Positions 1-10,499 of a stretch of DNA of 64,000 nt are shown in pieces. This DNA is from Guillardia theta CCMP2712 (Eukaryota > Protista > Cryptophyta). The position numbers were made by a program, and so were the translations under genes. Location of the stretch: NCBI RefSeq assembly GCF_000315625.1, contig NW_005434661.1, positions 532,617-596,616 of the forward strand. Reading direction: 5' to 3'. How positions within the stretch are numbered: position 1 is the stretch's first letter; each line of letters begins with the position of its first letter. The notes beneath the pieces are model-generated. The model did no database searches, was not told the origin of the DNA, and was given only the letters and a program-made list of their open reading frames with translations.

Positions 1-93
1 TGAAGTGACAACCAAACTGAGGGACAGAGTTATGAATCACTAGGCTGTCAGTGCGGTGAGACAAGCTGACAGTGATACCTGTACCTCGTCGAG

Positions 94-384
94 ATGTTCT
101 ATCATGCCATGCACCTCCTCAACTACACAGTTTCCAAGGCAGGTGCGCTAGACCTGCATGAAGCCCAGTACTGCGCGTTAGCTGGAAGTAGAGATGCAGG
201 AGTGGTCTGCAACTGCGCGGCTCGAGCAAAGTCATGTCCGGAGCCATCGATCGTAGGCACTACCCAGGGGTTTGCAGTGAAGCTTCCGAAGCTTGGAGAC
301 AGAGCCTCTGAAGCCGCGTTCATGAAGTCTCATCCCAACCTCGCGTACCTGGTCAGCTTTGCCTTGTCGATTATGTTCATCTGA
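94..384 (+). CDS. Probable last exon of a gene starting upstream of the window; Cys-containing with hydrophobic C-terminus
   Basis: The 96-aa ORF ends ...LAYLVSFALSIMFI*, is preceded by a possible short intron (gtgag...gag) and converges on the next gene. Confidence 0.35.
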   Translation: MFYHAMHLLNYTVSKAGALDLHEAQYCALAGSRDAGVVCNCAARAKSCPEPSIVGTTQGFAVKLPKLGDRASEAAFMKSHPNLAYLVSFALSIMFI

Positions 385-446
385 ATCTAAACTGCAGCAC
401 AAAAACCCATCGGTCAAAGGCAGGCTGGCTGTGGGATGCAGCACCA

Positions 447-1846
447 TCAACAGTATCGCAGCTGCTGGACTGCCTGGATGTCCGTGAAGTCACTCAGTCT
501 TTGATGGTTTACTTGTGTTGCTTGCCAAGACATGTCACAACGTGAGATTCCCCCTCGAGGTATCGCTGGATCATAGCGATCTCTTCGCCTTCTCTCTCGC
601 TTTTCGCCTCCTCCTCTCGCCGGCATGCCACATGCATCGCGTATGCCTTGTAGGCTTTGATCTGTCAGCACTTTCACACTTGTGTCCCTCCTTTCCTTCC
701 CTGCCTCACCCGCTGCTGCTTGTACCAGTCGTCCCCTTCCTCCATAACGCTCATGCTCTCGAACGCCACAGCGAGGTTCTTGAGCATGGCACTGGAGATG
801 TGGGGGAGATGTCGGGAAGAGCATGCCATCATCTTGTTCGGTGTGAGAAGAGGGTCAGACGAGGAAAGAGAACCTGAGCAGCACAGGTCGTCGGAGCTTC
901 TCTCCTCCATCCCGCCTTTTCCATTATCTCTCGACACCTGCCGCACTCTCCTGTCAGATGGGAAGCGCATGCCGCACGGGGTCGCCCTTGCAGGAAGATT
1001 GGGTTGCACTCGTCTCCTCGCGGAGTACCAGGGACAACTCCACAGACATCGGGGTCGAGAGCGTTCACCCGCTCCTCCTCGTTGCACTCTGACTCCAGGC
1101 ACGGGAACGCGACCTTGCAGCGGGGAACCCCACTAGAAGGACGAGAGGAAGCAGGAGAAGCAGCAGGAGGAGGGAAGTGAAGGAGGAGGTGCGACGACAA
1201 CTACTCGAATGTCAGGTAGAGACAGCAGAAGTTGAGGAGGGACCTGCATGAAGGAGTTGATGACTTCAACCATCGCGATCCGCTCCCACGAGCCTCCCAT
1301 GCGAGTCAAGATGGCCAGCAGCTGCTGCTCCTCACCTGCGTCCCACTCCCTCCCTCCCTCCGGCAACCTGGGTAGGCGGAGAGAGGAGTCGAGCAGCAAC
1401 TCGCGAGGAGGAGGGGGGGAGGAGGAGATACGGCTAAGCATTCCTGAGGGGACGATGGCATGTCGTTTCCTTTGCTCGTCTCAGCTCAGTCAGCAAGTCG
1501 AAGGAGGGGAGGACGTACGACAAGGAAGGGTCCAATGCCTCCAGCCCGCTGCTGAGGAGGAAGACGTGGGTAGCGCTGGGGAAGGTGAGGGAGGAGGAGG
1601 AGGAGGCTTGAGCTCGCAGAACCTGTTTGCCCGGAGAAGTTGGCTGAGGTTGTAGGCTCCCTGCTTACCTAGTGAGACGCTGAAGGTGGAGGAGAAGGAG
1701 GAGGAACCTGAGGGGGGGGGGAGAGACGAGTGAATCGTCGACCAGGGAAGGTCAAGTTAAGGTGATGAATGCTTGCTTGACGTGTATTGAACCATTCGTA
1801 GCTGTGAGGAGACGAGTCAGTGACATGAAGGAGATGGTATGACAGT

Positions 1847-1883
<37 letters not shown>

Positions 1884-4713
1884 GATCGAGTTAGCTGGGG
1901 GAAGATCACGTCGGAGACAGGAAGGGGAAAGCGTCTTCAAGAGGGCTCGAGGAGAGGGGGGGGAAGAGAGACTCGAGACGCGAGAGCGAGCGAGCGAGCG
2001 AGCGAGCGAGCGAGTGAGTGAGTGAGGGAGGGAGTGAGGGAGGGAGTGAGGGAGCAGCACAACTCAACGTTGCCTGATATGCGAGAGGTCGAGTTGCTGG
2101 ACGTCAGGCCGGGCATGTTCGCACTCCATGAGGTAGCGGATGATGTTGGTCTGCAGGTCCCCCTGCACAGCATGACGGAGGAAGAAACCTGAGAGTTGGA
2201 CTCTACCTTGACTAGCACGACTCCTCCCTCCGGCACTGCGCTCAACATGTCGTGCCCGACCTGGAGGGTTCTCCTCTCATTCTCCTCCTCCCCACAGCAT
2301 CCGCCACCGCCGCGATCACTACCAAACGCTCCTCCCCGCCTGCTCCTCTGTCTCCCTCTCCTGCTCCTCTCTTCATATATCACCTCCCACAACGTCCAAT
2401 CGCGGCTCTTGTCGCATGCCTTCCAGTTCGTCGCAATCTGAAATGACATGCCCAGCAAACCGACCGAAATGACGAGAAACTTGAAACGAACACGTCAATG
2501 CTTCCTCCTCCCCCTCCTCTCCCCCCCCTCCCCCTCCCTCCCTCCTCCTCCTCCTCCTCCTCCTCACGATCCTCGCCTTATGTCTCTCCTGTCCTTTTGC
2601 CTCTCCCCATCATCACTAACACCAACACACCAGTTCTCATCTCCTCGACTCTCATCATTCTTTTTTCACCTCTTGTCTTCGCATTCCTTCCATCCAGTCG
2701 GCAGCAGAACTCGCTAGGAGGGCGAAGCCAACACCAACTAGACGAGGAGGATTCAGAGGAGGAGGAAACAACATCAGGTGACCGTAGAGATGGATGAAAC
2801 AGTAGAGTTGCATCCAGAAGCGCGAGTGAACCTTCCTGTACCTTCCACGACACATCACGGTGGACCCCAACAAGTCAAGTCATCACAATTCACTGAGTGT
2901 GACGTGGGAGAGAGGGAGGTTGGCAAGGGAGTGAAAGCAGAGCAAGAAGTTCATCCAGGACGCAAACAATGTCCAGCCCAGCGCTGACACGTCACAGGTT
3001 ATGCTCTGCTCTCCTAGCCTCCTGATCTTGGAGCAAGTACCTCGCGTCCTCCGACATCGCAGCATCTCCCAGCACCCAACAAGAGCGAGCAAGACGCCGA
3101 CGTGACCAGTCTGGACAGGAAGGTCGCACAAGAATAGACCTGATCATGATCAGATCAGACAAGGCATCATCTAGCGTGCGTCAAGACCAACTCCTTTCCT
3201 CAGGCTCTCCCACCCTTGCCGCTCCCCGTCACTTCCTGCAAACAACTTCCACGTCCCATATTCCTCGCGGAGGACATGTTTGACCTGGACAGAGTCAGTC
3301 AGCCCTGCCGTCTTACTTGCTCAGCTTGCCCTCTCGTCTGTCTTACCATCCCACGCCATGTCGACGTGTCGCCCCATGCGCCACGCGGGGGATTCTGAGC
3401 AGCGAGGGCCAAGTAGAGGTAGGGGGAGAGGCCGAGAAGAAAATAGAAGAGGATCGTGACCAAGCACGATACCTGAAGTCATCTCAAGAGGCGTCGGAGC
3501 ATGTTGTGAAGATTCTGACGATGAGAAGGAGGAAGAGAATCTGTTGGAGGAGCAGAAGAACGAGCAAGAGAAGCAACAGCCAAGAAGAGGTCGGGTATGT
3601 AGAATTGCATTGTGATGAACGCACCCGCATCATCCGCTTCCTGCTGTGATACAAGACACCACAGGCAAGAGGGAGAGCCACGAAGAGGATTATGTGCTGG
3701 TTCGTCATGCTCACTCCGAAGACGAAGGAGCCGACATAGGGGACGAGGGGAAGGCCGCCAGGCTCCAGCAGGTGATCGCATGTCATCTTGATCAAGCAGG
3801 AGACAAACAGGTTGTTGAGAGCGAAAACCTGTCAGATACATGATACTATGATACAAGGAAGACACGAAGATGACAACAACTGCCACTTCCCCTTCCGTCT
3901 TCTCACAAGGACAATCAACGTCTCACCTCAGCCTGCACGCTGTGAGACCATACCAGCGGACAGAAGGCATAGAAGCCCGCGGAGAGGTAAGCTGAGGAGA
4001 GCGCGATCGCTCTTGTGGTGACTGTTACCTGCGCTGCTTCAGACAAGGACGTGGAGGATCAGGGCTGAGGAGCAGAGGATGACCTCGAGATCATCCCAAG
4101 GTGTTGTTGAGCCCTCGCATGACACGTCAGCACAGACCACGAGCATGGTGCACCTTACAAGGTCACTGCGACGTTTCCTAGTGATATCGGTAGCGAGTCG
4201 TCTCACAGTGCTGAAGATGAGAGCTGCTGAAGCTGCCGAGGACAGGCCCGACAGCAGAGCAACCTTGGCTGTCCAGGGAGATCAGATGCCTCCTGCTTGT
4301 CCTCGATGATGACACCACCTGCTGGCGTGCCGCAGGGGAGCCATGAAAGCAAGAAATGCCCCAGAACCTGCTCGGAAGCGAATGAGCTCGGCACCTCGAT
4401 CCTCCCCTTGACGCTTCACCGTATGCAGAGGGTAACCAGGAGGGTGCGGGATGCCCAGGGTGCAAGCTAGGAAGGACATCAGAGTACAGGCACAACTTTG
4501 CTGCTGTCTCACCTGCCACGATCAGCTCGCCACTGTCCCCCCCATGAATGGTCTGATACTGCATCAGGAGCGTCAGGAGACAAGAAGCGCACTTCCCAGT
4601 GGGGGGTTGGAACCTGCGTTGAGCAGTAGATTGAGAAGCTGATCAGAAACATCGTCAACGAATGGAAGTCAAATGCCATTGTGCAGGTGGTAGAGCAGGA
4701 TGTTGTTGTTGTC

Positions 4714-4788
<75 letters not shown>

Positions 4789-4829
4789 ACGGTTTGAGGA
4801 GCCTTTCGAGGTTCAGAAGTCTCTGTCAT
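447..4829 (-). CDS. TMEM260: TMEM260/DUF2723-family protein O-mannosyltransferase-like membrane protein, multi-exon
   Basis: Spliced exons give family motifs YQTIHGGDSGELIVA, ACTLGIPHPPGYPL, SMTNQHIILFVALPL, LGLSPYLYLALAAQNPPRGAWGDTSTW, HVLREEYGTW, GDLQTNIIRYLMECEHARPDV and GSWERIA. The start (4829 or 4679) and last exon are approximate. Confidence 0.85.
4716..4785. repeat. (CTG)n microsatellite, poly-Ala if inside the TMEM260 first exon
   Basis: Direct reading of the sequence. Confidence 0.95.
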
Positions 4830-5251
4830 CGCGGTTCCCGTTGGAAGCCGGGCCGCGTGATATCAACTTGCAGGCTGAAGTCTCAGGACAAGTGCCGTAC
4901 CGGGCGTGCGAGGCCCTGAGATCATGCTCCGAGCACCAGGACCTCAAAGCTTCAAGGCTTGACACCGTGGCATGCCGCCAGTCTCACAGCCGCCGCCGCT
5001 CACACGGTGACAGGGGCGACCGTCGGACACAGCGGTAGCCGCATGGCGATGAGTCTCTCAGTCAAGATGGCGTTGCACAAACTTGAAAGGAACTTGATAA
5101 GCCGTTACATTTACTCAGCGACCGTTACGGTTGCAAACTTGGCAAGTTGATCAGACCCGGCACTGCGGCACTCCGGGGCGGGCCCGGGGCCCCTTCACGG
5201 TTCAGTTCGCCGCATGATTCCGAGTCCGGCGTAGCCTACTAGTGACTGCGG

Positions 5252-5870
5252 CTTTACTCAAAGTCAAAGATCAGTACCGGAGGACTTCCTTTACTCAAAG
5301 TTAAGTTAAAACTTGAACTTCATCCCCTGGCAGTACTAGCCGCTGAGGACCGTCCGACAATCAGGAGAGTCGAGCCTCAGCGAGAGCCTTGACTTTGACA
5401 CAGGCTGTCGCACTGGCCAAACGGGCGGCGAGACTGAGAAGAGACTCGAAAAGACAGCGAGAACCAAACTTCCCCCGGGCCCGGCAAACGCAGGACAATC
5501 CCGGGGGCCAGCCTCGGCGAAGCGGACACGCCGGTACGGGTACTCCGGGCCAGCCCGGGACTCGGGCCTTGAGCTGACGAAAGATTCGAGGCTGGACCGG
5601 ATGCGTTAGCAAGTCGGATCACCTGAGACGTCTTGCGAGGCCGCGAGCCTGAGAGACCATCCAGCGCAGCCGTTTCCGGAGGCTTGCAAGTTAGAAAAGA
5701 CAGCGAGAACCAAACCTAATCCCGGCGCCGACTGCTGTCCCGCCGCCAAACTTAACTGATACCTTGGCACTTAACAGCGCGCCGCTGAGGAACTTTCGGA
5801 ACATCCGGCCCCGGGACACGCCTGATCGGACCGCACGGCGAGAACTGAGAGAAAAGACAGCGAGAACAAG
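5252..5870 (+). repeat. Dispersed non-coding repeat, copy A, with internal subrepeats
   Basis: CTTTACTCAAAGT occurs twice (5252, 5289) and GAAAAGACAGCGAGAAC three times (~5448, ~5694, ~5851). It is homologous to the reverse complement of 51095-51262. Confidence 0.8.
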
Positions 5871-7833
5871 TTCCGAAGTTCACTGAGTGACTCATCATCG
5901 GATCGCGCGACCCTCAGGGCCTCCCGGCGGTCCGATGGGACCACGACAGCCGTCACGCCTTTGACTCATGGTCTGCCGCGACCTCGGGGGATGTGACGGG
6001 GGGACCTGACCTCCGTTGAAGGGACCTGACTAGTCATTCCGGAAAAAAGTGACTTCTCATCAGGACACCCTACCCCTAGACTACCCCTCCCCCTGCCAAA
6101 TTGTACCCCTCCGCTTCTATTACAACCCCAACGGATGAGGACCCCATTCGTAGAGTACCCCCTGATTCGTGAGAGATTTATTGGGATTGAGGGGGTATGG
6201 TACAAAAGTGTATTTTAAAGATGAGGAACGTGAGCCCTCAAACCCACCCCCCCGGAATTTGTCAATCCCACCAGCCCACCCCAAGGGCACATCCCAGATT
6301 TCAAACTGAAGGGAAAAAACGGCCTCTTTGGAGGGACCCACCCTCTGGATTCTCTCTTGTAAGTACCCCTCTCCATCCTCGGAAAAGATCCTTGAGTTTA
6401 GAAGGTGTCATTGTAAAAAGTCGTCGATTCAGAATGGACCCCATCTTTTGACGTGGATAACCCACCCTCGTTCCACGATGCGACCCAGATCCCGTCATCA
6501 AATTTGAACTTTGCAACTGAAGTTTAAGGACCCGCCCTCCAAATTGATGATCCCTCACTACCCCACCCCTGATATGAGAGCAGCCCCCGGTTGCCGCTAC
6601 GGCAACGCGAGCACGTTCATAATAAAAGCAGCAATGACTACCTTTGTTCTCCACTACCCCTTCTTCCCTGACCCTACTGTCATCTCATATCTGAATCAGA
6701 AAATAGGTGGGTAGTACAAACAAAGAGAGTTGGCGGAAGGGGTGGTGGTACTCACCACCGGTGATGAAGAGGGTCGTACGGGAGGGATGTTGGAGTAGAG
6801 GAATAGAACCTGTGGGTGGTTCTGGCTGTCGGACTTTTAGGCTGCGCCGATGGGTGGGGTGGGGTAGTCATCGGTACCAACTTTGGTTTTACCTTGCTGT
6901 TCGTGCGAGGAGGCTCCATAAAGTACGGGTGGTAGGCATAGGTGGCAAGGGGTGATGGCAGTACGGGTGGTGTCACATACGTTGCTGACCACTCGGTCAA
7001 AACAACTGGGTGGGGTATATCAAGGTGGGGTGGGTGTTTGTTGGGTGGTCAAGATAGTTTGGCAATGGTGGGGGTGCAGAGATGATTCAAGATACACGTG
7101 GGTAGTAGAAAGTCACACGGCCACAAGTGCCAGGATGCAAGGAGGACCTTTTTGCATCGATGATCGGAAAGAGATAATGATGAGGTAGACTATAGGGGGT
7201 AGGAGCCCTTGAGACTTTTCATTTTGTAAGTAGAAATTACACGGGTAGGTTGTTTGGCTATGGGTCCATGATCGAGAGGGTGGAACGTGGAGATTTTGCA
7301 GGGTGTACGGGGGAGAGCAAAGGGGTGTGGGGTCTAGGTTGATGGGTGGGGTACCATTTACAGGAGGTGGAGGTACATATATTTTTTTGTAGGGGGATAG
7401 GGGTGTATTTGGAGAGGGTGGGGGTACGGAACGTATCTGAAGGGGTAGGGTTCAGGGGGTAGGGTGGAAAGTGCGGCATTGGAGGAGCATTGGAGGAAAA
7501 GAGGAGGAACGAAGAAAGAGGCGTCAGGCGGTTCAGGGTCGAGCAGGTAGCTGATAGGAGAACATCATCTGCTTCGAGATCCAGTTAAAGGAGATCTTGG
7601 AATACCAGCAGCGCAGGGAAGGTATTCTTGGTTCAACCAGGTCGAATCGGATCAAGGGAATTTCCTAGTGTTTTGTGGAGTTGATCGAAATTACCACATC
7701 ATCTGGACCATCTCAACAGGAATTGGACCAACAATTCATCTCGTGCGCGACGACAGATTCATTGCTGTGCCAGAAGCATGAAAGGAGCATGCTGTTGAGA
7801 GAATCATAAAAACTGGAGATTTCCCTCGTGAAC

Positions 7834-9003
7834 ATGGATTGTCCCATGGAAGAAATTGATCTTCAAGCCAATAGGGATGCTGGCGTTATTGAAACTGAAT
7901 CCAGATCAAATCTGCAAACAGAAAAGGTAACTGGCAAGGAGGGAAATGCCTTGCGCAACACTGCATTTGTCAAACTTGAGGAAGTGGACGAAGTCAAAAT
8001 CGTGGTGCAAGATTCTTGTAAGAGCACCAAGCTAAAAGACCAAGAGCAACATGAACAAAGCGTATGGCAGAAAATTTCGAATATTGATCCTCAAATATGG
8101 TGGGCGTTGATCGGAATACTGTTATTCATTGGTTTGGGAGCGATTTGTGGAACGCAGATCTATGAAACAATCATAGAAGCGAAAGATTGGTTTGTTAACG
8201 AGATTCCTATCAGTATTATTTGGTACTCGGTGATGTTCTCGTTGTCTTCGGCTGTTATGCTACCTTATGGTCCTTTCTGTATCTCAGTTGGCTATATTTA
8301 TGGCTTCTGGTTTGGTTTGATTGTCCAAACAATTGCAATATTTACATCTTCAGCATTGATTTACTATATTGGGAGGATTGGCTTCAAGAGCAGAGTTGAT
8401 CAGTACATGCAGAAGTACATCATATGGAAGGCGATGATGGCTGGGATTGAGAAGAGTACGTATGAAGCGGCCAAGATCAACATACTGCTGTGCTTCGTTC
8501 CAATGCCTTACGGAGTGCATGCGTTTCTTTTCGCGCTATCGACCTGCCCCTTTGTGCCCTTCGTGATCAGCTTTGAGATCGGAATGATTGGGCACACGAC
8601 GCTGAACCTGGCGATTGGGGACGCCCTGGCACAAGCAACTTCCGAGGGAACGGATCTGTACACCTTGATCGGAGCAATCTGTGGGGTGACGGCAATGATC
8701 TTTACGATCTGGTACGGCGGTGTGCTTACACAGAAGATGATGGATACTTACATCCAAGAGGGAGGAGAAGCTGACGGCACGCTTCTTCACAATGCTTCTA
8801 TGCACGGTTCAGCCACCGAGGTTCAAGTTGTAAACAGCAGCTCGGAAGGATCTTCAACATGTCATGAGAACACTTCCTCGGACAGTAGCATTGACTTGGA
8901 GCAGAACATCTTAATTGCTGAAGTTGTGGAGGAGGGAGACATGGAAGGGGGGGACGGGAAGGCAGATGAGGAGGACGAGAAGAAGGGATTAACAGAAGGT
9001 TGA
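7834..9003 (+). CDS. TVP38/TMEM64 (VTT/DedA, SNARE-associated Golgi protein) family membrane protein, intronless
   Basis: The ORF has several TM helices and the motifs LPYGPFCISVGYIYGFWFG, YYIGR and LLCFVPMPYG. Confidence 0.85.
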   Translation: MDCPMEEIDLQANRDAGVIETESRSNLQTEKVTGKEGNALRNTAFVKLEEVDEVKIVVQDSCKSTKLKDQEQHEQSVWQKISNIDPQIWWALIGILLFIGLGAICGTQIYETIIEAKDWFVNEIPISIIWYSVMFSLSSAVMLPYGPFCISVGYIYGFWFGLIVQTIAIFTSSALIYYIGRIGFKSRVDQYMQKYIIWKAMMAGIEKSTYEAAKINILLCFVPMPYGVHAFLFALSTCPFVPFVISFEIGMIGHTTLNLAIGDALAQATSEGTDLYTLIGAICGVTAMIFTIWYGGVLTQKMMDTYIQEGGEADGTLLHNASMHGSATEVQVVNSSSEGSSTCHENTSSDSSIDLEQNILIAEVVEEGDMEGGDGKADEEDEKKGLTEG

Positions 9004-9368
9004 GGTCAAGGCATATCATGTACAGCTTGATGATTTTTTCTGAAATTAAATCACCATGAACGAATATTCTTCACGGCGACTTGAAACAATCAACTATGCT
9101 TTCATCTGCAAAATGTCTTCCCGATTGCGAGTTGTTGGGGCACGACTAGTTCTTGTCTTGTCTGCCTTGAAGGGTAGGGGTAGTTGGAAAAGGAGGTAGG
9201 GGGTACACAGATGTGGGTATGAGACTCACTATATGTCTGGTACCCACCAATTGACTCTACTGAGTACGGGTATTATTGGGTGCTCAAGGGAAGAATATGG
9301 TGGGGTATAAGAAAAGAAGGGTGGAGGTGGTAGATTGGTGGGGTCAGGGGTGGTGGGGACTGATCGCA

Positions 9369-10390
9369 ATGGAGGAGAAGATCTCGAGGGTGTATGAGGA
9401 GATGGAGAAGTTGAGGACGGAGAACTCCGCGCTGAACGACGAGATCAACGAGCTTCACCTCCTCCTCCTCGAACTTGGAGACCCTGACGAGAAGCCTCAC
9501 CCCAAGCTGATCCTCCGAGGAGACACGTGGATCGTGGAGGGGCACGAGAGCACAGAGAACGAGCTGGTGGTGAACTGCTCCAAGGAGGAGAACGTCGAGA
9601 TCGTCAAGTGCGATGGAGGGGAAGAATATTTCTGCATTAGGATACAGCCGATCGCCGGGAAGGTACCATGGTATGCGCGCCTTCAACCGAGATTTGACCC
9701 TTGCGCCACGTTCATCCCCTCAGGTACTCGTTGAGAACTGCAAGAAGCTCAAGGTATTCTGCAAGCTGAGTGAGATGGCGACCTCACATTCTCTTCCAGG
9801 TGGTGACGGAGTGTGTGCTGTACGAGATTGTCCTCTTCAACTGCGAGGTTCCTTCCTCCTGTCGAGCCCCACACGGGGTCGAAGCTCCTACTGACTTTGT
9901 CCTGCTGCTGCAGGACATAGTCCTGGTGGTCGGCGGGGAGTCTCCCTTCATCGAGCTCAACAACTGCAAGGGCGTCGGTCTTCTCCTCTCGCACGAGAGC
10001 ATGGATGGGCCGATCGAGCTCGTGGGTCAAGTCACCCCCTACGACCCTCCCTGCTGATTGCCACTTGACAGGTTCGGAGTGGGGGAGTCGTGCTGACCTC
10101 GCCTCTCATCTCGCGAGAGAAGGTGACGCACAAAATGTGAGGAGGAGGCTGACGCTGTCCGCTCGTCGCTCTGACGATCTGCTCCAGGGTCTGCACGTCG
10201 GAGGAGCTGGAGGCAGGGGACAGGTTGTGGTTCTGCGGTAGGAACTTGACAAGTGCGGGGTGTGGGATCAGACGCTGATGTTGAAGTCGCAGAGATGCCG
10301 TCGTATGTTCAGATGAGCTTCTGGAACGGCAAGTGGTACGCTCGACCGACGAGCAACGCGGATAATCAGAGTTTGAGCTTCGAGTCATGA
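9369..10390 (+). CDS. Protein with short N-terminal coiled coil and a CAP (cyclase-associated protein) C-terminal beta-helix-like domain, multi-exon
   Basis: PKLILRGDTWIVE, VEIVKC, VLVENCKKLKV, EIVLFNCE, SPFIELNNCKGVGLLLSHES and the terminal EMPSYVQMSFWNGKW resemble CAP_C/CARP repeats. Confidence 0.7.
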
Positions 10391-10499
10391 GGCACAAGAA
10401 TTGGGGCGGGTGACAACAAGGGGAGTTTCAATGTACATTATCAAACTTGCTAGGATAGTCTGACTTCTCCGGGTGGATCCATGCGGGCAGTGGGCGGGT

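Noticed and set aside
5448-5870. CRISPR-like array from the repeated GAAAAGACAGCGAGAAC
   Set aside because: There are only three copies, irregularly spaced (~150-250 bp), in a eukaryotic context with no cas genes.
6700-7480. Interstitial telomere repeats
   Set aside because: The G-rich motifs are dispersed rather than tandem, with no fixed unit.
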